Shown: positions 45,862 to 55,877 of the stretch, one piece after another
Layout of the letters: every line of letters starts with the position of its first letter
Position numbering within the stretch: position 1 is the first letter of the stretch
Assembly: GCA_000091205.1 (NCBI GenBank)
Contig: AP006484.2
Origin: Cyanidioschyzon merolae
Taxonomy: Eukaryota
Strand: one strand, 5' to 3'
DNA length: 64,000 nucleotides
Translations under genes and position numbers: made by a program
Notes under the pieces: model-generated
What the model saw: the letters and a program-made list of their open reading frames with translations, nothing else
Databases searched by the model: none
What the model was told of the DNA's origin: nothing

Positions 45862-47979
45862 ATGAACGACTCGATTTGTGCTCAGTTGGCTGCCCAAGAG
45901 TGCGGCGCAGCGGGTAGCTCCGCCCGCTTGCAAAGCATTTTTAAGACCTTTGCCCAGAAACAGATGAAAGCGGATCGATTCCGACGCCTCAAGATGCCAC
46001 TACAGGCTCCTCTAGGCTCGGCACTGGCTCTGGATCATGTGGAGTCGCGGTGGCTGCTGAGTGCTTTCAGTGACGGCCGCAGCGGACGTCTCGTGCTCTT
46101 CGACGTCCAGCCAGATGCGGGATGGACGATTGAACGACACTCCACTCGCTCAAACGTTTACCCTCGGTCGGATACATCCGTACAGTGTACCGCCCTGTCA
46201 TCAGAGCAAAACGTGGAGCGCTTACCTATCATGGAAACTACGGTTGCAGGCGAACAACTCAGACAGCGTCATGCCGTCGCGTCGGTGCAGGTCCGGGAGC
46301 CATCTTTCTCGGACGGTGGCGGACGCGTGGCGCAGGCAGCATATCGCCATCTGTGGACAGGACTGGCCTGGTACCCGCTCGATAACGGACTTTTCGTGAG
46401 TGCCGATGCACAAGGCCTTGTTTACGTTTTCGACGCGGCGACGTTTCGTTCAGTCTCGAGATTCGCGTTCGGCCCACCGGTTCGCTCCATAGACTGGAAT
46501 CGAGGCCTGCGACAGGTACCCGCTCAAGCGTCACAAACTGGGAGCGCGCTTCCTGGATCGAACTTCCGCGGCAGTGCCGCGAGTCCGTACTTGCTTGCGG
46601 TTGCGTCTGCGGAACCCGAACATCAGTTGCGACTGCTTGACTTGGTGAGCGGAGCTACAACGCATTCATTACTGGGTCACTCGGCTGCGATCACATCGGT
46701 GCGTTGGTTTCCATTTCACGAGTACTGGCTGGTAAGCGGCTCCCTGGACAGTAGTATTCGTCTCTGGGATATTCGCAAAGGTGGACGAGCCGCATGTTTT
46801 GCGATCCTCGATGCTGACAAGCAGGTTCCTGTGACATCCACTGAGGTTGGTGGCAGGCGCCAGTACGCCGCCTCGAATGAGGCAGCGTCGGAGAGTGCGT
46901 ACCTGCTTCCACGGCACGACGCAAGAGGCCATTTCTTGCGCCAGTCACGCCCTGTGGACGCTGATCATTGCCTGGGGTATCGATGCTGGTCTGATTCGTG
47001 CTTCGCTGGCATTCCAGAGGGTATTCCCGCAGCGCCCGAGCACGACGCTGTGATCTATGACGAAGCACAGTTTCTGTCGCTACCTCAGACGCCGCGGCAA
47101 CGAGACCCCAGCGGCAAGAGGGCGCACCACTGGCACAAGCAAACGAGCAGGACACGCGTCTCAAGGCGTCCTCTGGCATGGGCCAAGCGCGCCCAGTTGA
47201 CCGGCCCCGAATCGAGTCATCGTGCCGAGGACTGGATCTATCTGGAACCGGCTGCACCGGCTCCGCAGCAGTCTGATCAGTTGCCAACGCTTCGGTCTTG
47301 CCGAGCGCATCCCGCGTCCGAGAGAGGCATCTTGAGTGTGCGCTTCTCCGCCGATGGTCGATACCTCGTGTCCCGCTGCGAGCGCATGCTTCTGGTCTGG
47401 GACGCGCTCACTGGTCATCGTTATCGCCGTGCGGCGCTTGAGCTCTCCGAGCACTTTGGTGTGGAGGCTCGTGCCGGGGAGCTTCATGCTCCCTGGCGCA
47501 GTGCGCGGAGTAACAGGCGACGACCTGGCGAAACACTTGGACGCCGCATGGCGATCTACTGTTGGGACTTGCCGGACTTGCCTTTTTATCTGGGTGACCA
47601 GCGCATCGCAACTGGCGCTGGGACGGATGCTTCCGGATGCTGTTGGCTCGCTCGTGATGCCACGGTGTATGCGGTGCGGTGCTCGCCGGCACTGGCAACC
47701 AGCGACGGTCGCCAACCGCTGGTGAGGTTCGCTGGCCCTATCCGCAGCTCGGTGTATGCACTGGAAACCCATCCGTCGCGCATCGAAGTCTACACAACCG
47801 GTGCTGGTGGTCTCGTTCAGGTATGGAGCGGCCTCACATTGCCAGCCAGGTGTGTGTCTCGTTCATTGGCGGAATGCCCGCTGTCGTTGTCGCAGGATCT
47901 GCCGAGTGCTGCCGCCTCCGAGCGTCTGCAACCGGATGTAGATACGTGGCTCACCGAAATGGAGTTTCCCGCTGACTGA
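45862..47979 (+). CDS. WD40-repeat protein, ERCC8/CSA-like (transcription-coupled repair)
   Basis: WD repeats including LLGHSAAITSVRWFPFHEYWLVSGSLDSSIRLWDIRK. Co-linear similarity to CSA blocks (RWLLSAFSDGRSGRLVLFDVQ; HLWTGLAWYPLDNGLFVSADAQGLVYVFD). Long insertions relative to animal CSA. The track start at 45793 is TTG; the first ATG is at 45862. Confidence 0.55.
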   Translation: MNDSICAQLAAQECGAAGSSARLQSIFKTFAQKQMKADRFRRLKMPLQAPLGSALALDHVESRWLLSAFSDGRSGRLVLFDVQPDAGWTIERHSTRSNVYPRSDTSVQCTALSSEQNVERLPIMETTVAGEQLRQRHAVASVQVREPSFSDGGGRVAQAAYRHLWTGLAWYPLDNGLFVSADAQGLVYVFDAATFRSVSRFAFGPPVRSIDWNRGLRQVPAQASQTGSALPGSNFRGSAASPYLLAVASAEPEHQLRLLDLVSGATTHSLLGHSAAITSVRWFPFHEYWLVSGSLDSSIRLWDIRKGGRAACFAILDADKQVPVTSTEVGGRRQYAASNEAASESAYLLPRHDARGHFLRQSRPVDADHCLGYRCWSDSCFAGIPEGIPAAPEHDAVIYDEAQFLSLPQTPRQRDPSGKRAHHWHKQTSRTRVSRRPLAWAKRAQLTGPESSHRAEDWIYLEPAAPAPQQSDQLPTLRSCRAHPASERGILSVRFSADGRYLVSRCERMLLVWDALTGHRYRRAALELSEHFGVEARAGELHAPWRSARSNRRRPGETLGRRMAIYCWDLPDLPFYLGDQRIATGAGTDASGCCWLARDATVYAVRCSPALATSDGRQPLVRFAGPIRSSVYALETHPSRIEVYTTGAGGLVQVWSGLTLPARCVSRSLAECPLSLSQDLPSAAASERLQPDVDTWLTEMEFPAD

Positions 47980-48923
47980 CGAGAGCAGGAATCTGCCGTC
48001 TTTTCCCGATACAGTGTATGGAATACTGATCAGCATACCTGTGATGCATCAGATTTCGGTCTGAATCCCGTTGACGATAGCGGTGTAGAAACTCAATCAT
48101 GGTTACCGGTCGCCAGGGCCTGCTCTTGTGGTGTGATGAACCTGCGCTTGGCCGTTTCGGGAATTATCACCGATGCACCTGTGTGTGTTTGTGTGCAAAG
48201 TACGAAACGCGTACCTCCGAAGCTGTGTCCAGGCACTCGCCTTCGTTGAGCAGAACCTGGCAGCGGGTATGGTAGGCGTCTAGGAAACGCTGGTTGTCGT
48301 TCGGGAGCGGTCCATACCACTTGTCGCCACTCGGGAGATCATCCAGCTGGTAGACTCAGTTGTATTTCGGGCGCGCTTCCACCGACGGGTTTCTTTACTG
48401 AGATAGATTCCCGACGCGGGTATATACTTCCTGGATGCTCAAAGATGAATTTTATGTATAAACGCACAAGTGAATCCTCCTTATACGTTCTTGAAATGAA
48501 TCCTCTCGATACACTCATAGATCGCGGGGAGCGGCTTGGCGCAGGGCACCTGCTCGGGCGAGAAATCCTCTGCGATCCACGTGTTTGCATCGGCTGCTGC
48601 TCTTTCTCCGTTATATTAGGAAACACTTGTGCGTATTTGTTTCTCAAATGGATTTGTTGCTGGCGTTCTCACTGCCAATCACGTCCTCTGTACAGCGTGT
48701 CCCTGTATCGAGTCTCAGGGCTTGTTGTGCTGAGCGAACAGGGCCGCGTTTCCGGGGGCTTTACCAAACCACCCGACACGTGGCCGTGCCTCGTGGTGAA
48801 CGCCACGCCCCGGGTTTTTGCGGTGCACCAGCGCCATGTGCTTCTTGTGGGCTATCGAGTCTCAAGCTTTCGAGCGGTGCGCAGCGGTCAACGCGCGAAG
48901 ACGCTGTGCTTCTTCGAGTTGCG

Positions 48924-50438
48924 ATGATAGGCACAGGCTACGTGGGGTTGGTGTCAGGTGCGTGCTTCGCGGACGCCGCGCACTGCTGTGTCGTCTGCGT
49001 GGACTCGAACGCTCAGAAGATCGACGCGCTCAAGCGGGGTGAAATGCCGATTTTCGAGCCAGGCCTCGCCGACCTGGTTCGAAGGAACGTTCAAGAAGGA
49101 CGTCTGAGCTTCTCGACTGACCTCGCTGCAGCCGTTCGCGACGCGCAGATCGTGTTCATCGCTGTTGGAACGCCATCTCGTCGAGGTGACGGTCACGCCG
49201 ACCTCAGTTACGTATTCCGTGCTGCAGAGGCGATTGGGAAAAGCCTCCGATCGCCAGGTTTTACCTTGATTGTGAACAAGTCGACGGTGCCGGTGGGCAC
49301 TGCACGACGCGTACGCGAACTCGTTCAGCGAAACTGCGCCCCTGGCGCGAGCTTTGAGGTTGTCAGCAACCCAGAATTCCTACGTCAGGGTACAGCGGTT
49401 CAGGATTTCATGTACCCGGAACGTGTGGTCATTGGCATGTGGGAAAACCGGTTTCAACGGCAGCATGAATGCACTGCGTTTAGGTCAGCGCCGCTCCATC
49501 TTCATGAGCGTCGTTTCGTGGCGGATACAGAGCCCGGGTTCGATACACGCAAAAACGCGCAGACGCTCATGACACAGCTGTATACGCCCATTGCGCGAAT
49601 CAGTGGAGCACCCGTTCTTTTCACGAATGTGGAGGAAGCCGAATTGGTCAAGTACGCTGCAAACGCTTTCCTGGCTATGAAACTCGAGTTCGCGAATGAA
49701 ATTGCGGACTTGTGTGAGGTTGCCGGTGCCGACATCAGCGTGGTCACGCATGCCATTGGCCTCGATGCTCGCATCGGACCAGACTATCTGCAGGCTGGGC
49801 CGGGCTTCGGTGGCTCATGTTTGCCAAAGGACACACGAGCCTTAGCGCGGATCGCACAGGAGTTGTGGCGTCCGTGTCGCCTCGTGGAGACAGTCATCGA
49901 GGGCAACGAGGCGCGAAAACGGCGGATTGCCCAGAGAATTGCCCTCGCAGTCGTTGGTAACAGCGCTGACATGAATCACGTCTACGGGCGATGTATTGGG
50001 GTGCTCGGTCTGACATTCAAGGCACACACGGACGATACTCGTGACTCACCTGCAGTGTTTATTGTGCGAGAGCTAGTGGAACTTGGGGCCAAGGTGCGAG
50101 CATACGACCCCCAAGCGAATCATCGAGAAGTGCATCAAATACTGGGGGAAGATGTCGAACTCGTCTGCAGTGCACAGGAAGCAGCCCGAGGCGCCGATGT
50201 GCTCGCGGTCCTCACAGAGTGGCCCGAAATTCGTCAAGCTTGCGACGCGCTCGGGCCAGAAGGACTAGGGAGCCTGATGCGTCACCGTGTTATCTTCGAC
50301 GCACGAAACCTCTGGAGACCAGAGGACTGGCTCCATAGCGGCTTTACCTACCATTCCATTGGGCGTCCCACTATTTATGCCGACACCGCTGCCTCGTTCG
50401 CAGACGCCTCCGTACATACGACTCAACGGTTGCGCTGA
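48924..50438 (+). CDS. UGD: UDP-glucose 6-dehydrogenase, bacterial-type (UDPG/GDP-mannose dehydrogenase family)
   Basis: MIGTGYVGLVSGACFADAAHCCVVCVDSNAQKIDALKRGEMPIFEPGLADLV, IVFIAVGTP, catalytic GGSCLPKDTRALA, C-terminal UDP-binding domain. The core starts at the ATG at 48924. The upstream in-frame ATG at 48648 would add a ~92-aa leader; the track start at 48585 is TTG. Confidence 0.8.
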   Translation: MIGTGYVGLVSGACFADAAHCCVVCVDSNAQKIDALKRGEMPIFEPGLADLVRRNVQEGRLSFSTDLAAAVRDAQIVFIAVGTPSRRGDGHADLSYVFRAAEAIGKSLRSPGFTLIVNKSTVPVGTARRVRELVQRNCAPGASFEVVSNPEFLRQGTAVQDFMYPERVVIGMWENRFQRQHECTAFRSAPLHLHERRFVADTEPGFDTRKNAQTLMTQLYTPIARISGAPVLFTNVEEAELVKYAANAFLAMKLEFANEIADLCEVAGADISVVTHAIGLDARIGPDYLQAGPGFGGSCLPKDTRALARIAQELWRPCRLVETVIEGNEARKRRIAQRIALAVVGNSADMNHVYGRCIGVLGLTFKAHTDDTRDSPAVFIVRELVELGAKVRAYDPQANHREVHQILGEDVELVCSAQEAARGADVLAVLTEWPEIRQACDALGPEGLGSLMRHRVIFDARNLWRPEDWLHSGFTYHSIGRPTIYADTAASFADASVHTTQRLR

Positions 50439-50777
50439 GTCGCCTGTCGCGCTCGTTGCTTCTGCAACGCCGTCCGTCGCAGTCGCTTCTCCGTGTTGCT
50501 TTCGAAGAACTGTCGACGCTTCACTTCCTGCAGGATGCCGGCTTTCACCACCTCCTTCTTAAACCTTCTCAGCGCACTATCGACGGGTTCTCCCGGGTTC
50601 ACGAGCACCCGAACCCGCATCTCAATTGACGTGTCACTCGCCGGTCGCTGACATGTCGGAGCACAGGTGCCGACCCCACGCCCCGCGACAAACGAATGAT
50701 AGGGCACAGCAGCTATCTTGGAAGCAGTTAACGTAACGAACATGGGTTTAATCTTTGAAAACTCGTCGCTTGTAATG

Positions 50778-52690
50778 CGGTGCCAACGACGAACGCTTCA
50801 GAAGTCGAAAGCAGTCGCCGTCACGGGTACAGTAGTGGCGGCGAACGCGCCTTGGACAAATTGGCTCCAAATGACGTGCAGATGCTTCCTAGGCTTTCTC
50901 GCCCGGCCACCTCCAACTTATTCCAACTGTTTCTCATATAGTTCCACTTTTAATGATTGTCTAACAAAGTTCTCTCTTGTCCATTCTGAAGGTCTTCTCT
51001 CCAGCACCGCGCTTGTCTTTACATTGATAAGGGCGTTCAAGTTTCGATTTGCAAACTCCATACGGTTGTAGCCGTTGGGAGTTGTCCTCATCAGTGCAAG
51101 CAAACCTCGAACTTTCGCACTCCTTTCCATTTGCTCTACCGTCAGCGGTCCGTACTTTGCTAGTTCCTCAGGGCTCCGTTGGCACTTTTCCATCTCCTCC
51201 CTCTGAGGTGTACACCCCAGTTCATGGTGTGTATACGATGTTCGGAACTCGTCTACAGGTATTGTGGCAAAACGCCTCGGGCACTGCTTGTACGTTCTCG
51301 TCGTTGGAGCTGGAGTAGTCCCTTTTTGTGTCTTCCATCGGCCTGCTCCGTACGCTACAACGAGCCTTTGACCCTCGTCCTCCTTCGGGGCGCTCAACTG
51401 ATTGAAAAAGTTGGCGAACGCCCGCTGCTTACCGCAATACAGATTTATTCGCAAACGAGCCCACCGGGGCTTGGTATACTCCTCCCACAGCGCATCCCAA
51501 TGGGCAACACGAACTTCCATGAATTTCCGAAAAGCTGTAAAGTCCGCCCCGCGGCTCGTCACCTCGCTCAAAGCTTCCAGGTGATCCTTCATTCCTGCAT
51601 TCCATGTCTCGATTTTTTCCTCGCATTCATTATAACGGATTCGCGGTAATGTCTCTATCTTTAGAACTGAAAAAGACGCATGTCGTTCTGACGTAAGTTG
51701 CCGTCAGTACCATCTTCCCCACATTTGGGTGCTGCAATGGCTATGATATTTGTGTTCCCGGGGTCTGCGTCAACGATAAACTCGTTATCCTCTACCTACT
51801 GCGTCGCAGGATCCTCCTCCTTCTCATCTTCATGCTTCGCCGAAGGCAAAGCCGCGGGCGGAACATGGCGATCCGCCTTCAACCGCCGATAGCGTACACA
51901 CGTTGCCACTCCATCGGTTTCGATCATCCCAGTGAATGCCTTTTGTTTGCTCGCTTTCAGAAGTTTGAAACTGAAGATGTTCTTCCAGTACGTCTCCCGG
52001 TTTTCGCCGGTGAACTCCTCCCTGTTCACATCGAACTCCGGACAGATAACCCTCATGATGCCATAAAGGACTCTGGAATCGATAGTCATAAAATGTGACT
52101 TGATATTGCACATTGGAAACATGTTGCAGCGCTTACCCATTACGAAAGCCTTCCGTCTCTCCCACTCTTCATTTTTTCCTCACTCAGCTTCATCTTCGCA
52201 TTGCGTTCGAGTTCTCGGTCCAGATACTCGAAATACCGCAGGATGAGATAATAGTATCTTTCCGTATCTTTTTCCAAGTATGATATCTTTTCTGCTGGAT
52301 TCGCCAGCCCCAAGTCTGCGCGATGCTCTTGTCTAACTGCACGGATCTCAGAAGCTTCATTATTTCTCCTGTGTCATGTCTTCTTGTCGACAAATTCGAT
52401 CTTTCCTTCGTTCTTACTATCGTTCGTGATGCCATTGATGATGGCCGATCTCTTTCCTCTGGAGAGAGACCTCGGTACCGTGCAAACACGGTGCGTATCA
52501 TGATATGTTTCAGGTTCACAATCACACTGAGCTTCAGGCTCATGAGGTACTGCATCGCCCCGTCACAGTTGATTCTGGGACTCGGAGCGGGTAGCCTGCG
52601 TCTTGGCGTCGAGCTGGTTCATTTGGAATCCCAGGACCTCGTTTCGTGCAGCCACATCAAGTATGTCTGTCTGCACAACTTGTAGGCTCT
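50778..52690 (-). mobile_element. Degenerate TnpB/Fanzor-like element, copy 2 (minus strand), 5'-truncated, including the conserved ~140-bp 3' flank
   Basis: Fragments 52190-52555, 51796-52140 and 50918-51592 are paralogous to copy 1 (e.g. [70 protein letters not shown]). 3'-flank homology runs to ~50778. 5' homology with copy 1 is lost at ~52690. Confidence 0.5.
50918..52555 (-). pseudogene. Pseudogenised TnpB/Fanzor-like nuclease ORF (copy 2)
   Basis: Premature TAG (GAG in copy 1) near 51797. The same in-frame TAA AGA TAG as copy 1 near 51655-51666. A 1-nt deletion relative to copy 1 just downstream. N-terminal truncation. Confidence 0.5.
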
Positions 52691-52719
52691 CAGAATGATC
52701 ATCACCCCCGATCCCGTAT

Positions 52720-53025
52720 TGAATGCATCAAGCCTCCAGCCGACGTCTGCAGCGGTATGGCAAAGCTATTTTGCCGCTGTGATGCATTGGCATCAGCGGT
52801 GTAGGCGCTACGGCGGGTGCAGCAACGGAGGTACTCGGCGCATGATACAACGTACAAAACCACCAATAGATCCGAAAGGAAGTGAAACTAATGCAACTTG
52901 CAGGTAGAGTGAAGAATAATGAGCGTTTTCATTGATTTCAATATCCATCCTGCAAACTGGAATCCCAGGTCAACGCAACGATATTGTCATCGAAAGAAAT
53001 CGGACGACCAGCGTAATATGCGCCG
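52720..53025 (+). repeat. Copy D of the ~590-bp repeat family: 3' ~310-bp fragment, abutting the truncated 5' end of TnpB-like copy 2
   Basis: Aligns to the 3' half of copy C: cagcggtatggcaa, gatgcat, ggaggtactcggcgca, aacgtacaaaaccacc..atccgaaaggaagt, ggaatcccaggtcaacgcaacgatattgtcatcg. Confidence 0.65.
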
Positions 53026-53192
53026 CCGCCATGGTCGACACGCATTCGGGCCTTTTTTGATCAATCCTATAATTATCTTGAATAATTTGTAGGAAGTAGA
53101 TCAAACGATCCTAGGGCGCGCCATGTGCCGCTCCGGAAAAGGCGGGTATTTCAAAATTCCCCTTGTACTGGGGTGTTTGCGAGCCCATAGCC

Positions 53193-55301
53193 ATGTCGGA
53201 CCTGAAACCGATCTCCGTACGCGACCGATTAGCTTATTTCAACCAAAGCTCGTTTATAGACGATGATTCTGGTCGGCAGCGGGCAGTTTACGCGGCTGAA
53301 CGACAGGAACAACGCTTGGCTGGTCCGTTGATCGCGCCCGACACTTTGCATTACGAAGCGAACGACTGGGGGACGCTACGGGCGCCGCCTCGGATGGCGC
53401 CCCCACCGACGCCACCGTCGATGACGGCTACACCGCTTTCTCAACAACGGGAGGTATGGCGGGAAGCGTCGTCCACGGGAAACACTCAGACTGGTTCAAC
53501 GAGACAGGGCTTCACGGGACTTGATTCGAGCGGGCGTCCGAACGGAGCCGGGCGCTCCACGCGGAAACCGGCAATCATTCGCACACCAGTTCCTCAGACA
53601 CCAAGCCCACCTACACCATGGAGTTCGGAGAATGCGCGCTCACAGTCATCACAATCAGTGAGAGGCCCCACGGAAGACGTCACCCGGTCCACCGATTACC
53701 AGGGACACGTCTCGGAACGACGCACGCCGCCTGCCATGCGCGTGCTCTGCATCGTTTATGACTATGTGGAGGACACGGAGTTCTTCGTCGCTGAAGCGGC
53801 GCTACGTGCCGTAGGCATCGACGTAGATGTGGCATCGCCGTCCGCGACCCGAGCGGGTTCCGTGGTTCGCTCTGTGGTGCGCGTCAGTGACGACACCGCC
53901 GGTGAGGCAGTGCTCCGTGCTGCAGATCTCGACGGGCATCGAATAAGAACCAACTTAGGCTTCTTGCAGGCAACGCAGACGCATCATGCTCGGGAGAGCG
54001 GGCAGCGTCAGTCGTCTGTCCCAGATGCCAAAACTGCGTCTTGTCTGGCCCCAGCAGAAGAAGCCATCATTCGGGAGTGGTCGGAACGGTACGCGGCACT
54101 GATTCTACCGGGAGGTCGCCTGAGCGGCGCACTCGCCGTAGCCCACCGGTACCCTTCACTGCTGCGCCTTATCCAAGCGTTTCATGAACGAGGTCGTATC
54201 ATCGCCGCTATCTCGACAGCGCCAGTGTTGCTTTCCGCTGCAGGTCTGACCGTCACCGGTGAACTAGGAGTCTCCTTGACTGCACATCCTCTGGTCAAGG
54301 ACGACATTTACCCGCCCTCTGCCTACTTGCAGCGAATAGACTGGGAGCCGGACGAGCTCGAGCAGCAGCGGTGCGACTCGGGTGCGGCACGGAACGAGCC
54401 GCCTGCCTCCGTCGCGGTCGCAGACGCCAATGTGGTGACGGCGGCTTGCTGGCAGGGGCACCCCCAGTACCTCTCTCAGGTTTTGTGCATGCTGGGTGTC
54501 ACTGTCAGAGGCAACGACCTCCGCGTCCTGGTGCTTACCGAGTCCGGCTGCGAGCTCACTGAAATCCTCGCAAGCGTACAGGTCTTGCAGACGCTGGGTC
54601 TTACCGTGGACGTTGGCCTACCACCACCGCCGCAGCCAGCGGGTTCGGGAGAGGCTTCAGCAACTAGACGCCGCCGCTTCTTTACCGTGTTGCGCGAGTA
54701 TGAGGCAAGGCCTGCTGTCCAGGGCGAACCCTCGACCGATGAGGAGCCACTTATTTACCACGAACGCCCATGTCGTTCGTTTGAGGCCAGTATTTCAGAC
54801 GTTACCAGCGTCTCTCCGTATGAATACGATGGAATCCTCATCACTGGTGGAAGCTCTGCGTGGCGAATACGCAGCCATGAGCGCGTACTCCAGTGGATTG
54901 CAAAGCCGCTGTTGCGTCCGACGCGGAAGCGCGAAACGCATATAGAGACGCATACGGCAGCGGGTAGCACTGCGGCCGTTGCAGGAACGCGCACCACCTC
55001 ATGGACGCAACAACAACAGCAACAGCAACAGCAACAGATGCTTCCAGGTGCACCTGTGATCGGTGCGATCGGTGAGGGTGCCCTGGTGCTGCTCGCAGCA
55101 ACGCGCTTCGTCGGTGCAAACACGTGTCGAGAGGTGACTGGCTTTCCTGGGTATGTGCCGCCCGGGAGCGGCTTTGTGATGCCTCGCACACCCTTCGATA
55201 TTCATTGGGATGGACATGTGGTGACTTGTGCTTCTTGGCTAGCGGTACCGGAGTTTCTTCGGACATTCCTCGAGGCCATGGGTTGCGAAACACACGTGTG
55301 A
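53193..55301 (+). CDS. Tandem DJ-1/PfpI (class I glutamine amidotransferase-like) domain protein with a ~190-aa low-complexity N-terminus
   Basis: Two DJ-1-like units: MRVLCIVYDYVEDTEFFVAEAALRAVGIDVDVASP ... ALILPGG, and LRVLVLTESGCELTEILASVQVLQTLGLTVDVGLP ... YDGILITGGSSAW. Poly-Gln run near the C-terminus. The track start at 53163 is TTG; the ATG is at 53193. Confidence 0.5.
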   Translation: MSDLKPISVRDRLAYFNQSSFIDDDSGRQRAVYAAERQEQRLAGPLIAPDTLHYEANDWGTLRAPPRMAPPPTPPSMTATPLSQQREVWREASSTGNTQTGSTRQGFTGLDSSGRPNGAGRSTRKPAIIRTPVPQTPSPPTPWSSENARSQSSQSVRGPTEDVTRSTDYQGHVSERRTPPAMRVLCIVYDYVEDTEFFVAEAALRAVGIDVDVASPSATRAGSVVRSVVRVSDDTAGEAVLRAADLDGHRIRTNLGFLQATQTHHARESGQRQSSVPDAKTASCLAPAEEAIIREWSERYAALILPGGRLSGALAVAHRYPSLLRLIQAFHERGRIIAAISTAPVLLSAAGLTVTGELGVSLTAHPLVKDDIYPPSAYLQRIDWEPDELEQQRCDSGAARNEPPASVAVADANVVTAACWQGHPQYLSQVLCMLGVTVRGNDLRVLVLTESGCELTEILASVQVLQTLGLTVDVGLPPPPQPAGSGEASATRRRRFFTVLREYEARPAVQGEPSTDEEPLIYHERPCRSFEASISDVTSVSPYEYDGILITGGSSAWRIRSHERVLQWIAKPLLRPTRKRETHIETHTAAGSTAAVAGTRTTSWTQQQQQQQQQQMLPGAPVIGAIGEGALVLLAATRFVGANTCREVTGFPGYVPPGSGFVMPRTPFDIHWDGHVVTCASWLAVPEFLRTFLEAMGCETHV

Positions 55302-55877
55302 TGCACGATGCGACGCACTGGTTCCTCCAAAACGCTGCGCAATAGGTGTTCATGGCGGTATGAAAGCGCGCGAACGACACCGGTGCTCACGGTGCTGCTG
55401 TGCAGGAAGAGTGCGTAGTAGCGCGGCTGCGGATCGTATGATGCAGCTGGGGATGGTGCAGGTGCACGGCCTCGGTGGGTTCCGACTCCAATGGCTCTGG
55501 GAAGTGCGTACCAGAGCACTCGATGGAGATTGTTTTTGGTGCATTTGCGAGGAGCCGGTTTTGCGGCAGCCGACAGCGGTGTTGCGTGCTTGGTATGAGA
55601 CTTGTTTTTCGGCTTGTGATAGAGCGCAGCCCAGCTCAGGTAACGCGCTGGCTTTCGTTCGAGCATTTTTTCTTTAAAGTCTACTGTGCGCATGGGTAGC
55701 GCTCGATAGCATATCGCGGGCGTGTACAACTGCGATCTGGTTTGTGCTGGAGCTCGAGAAACTGTAAACGCGCGGGTCTCGTTACTGCAAGTCGCAGCGC
55801 CCGACTCGACTCGACCGAACCGAATAGAGCGCGATGATGAATCCGAGCACCCGCGCATCACTGGTGATGAATGCACT

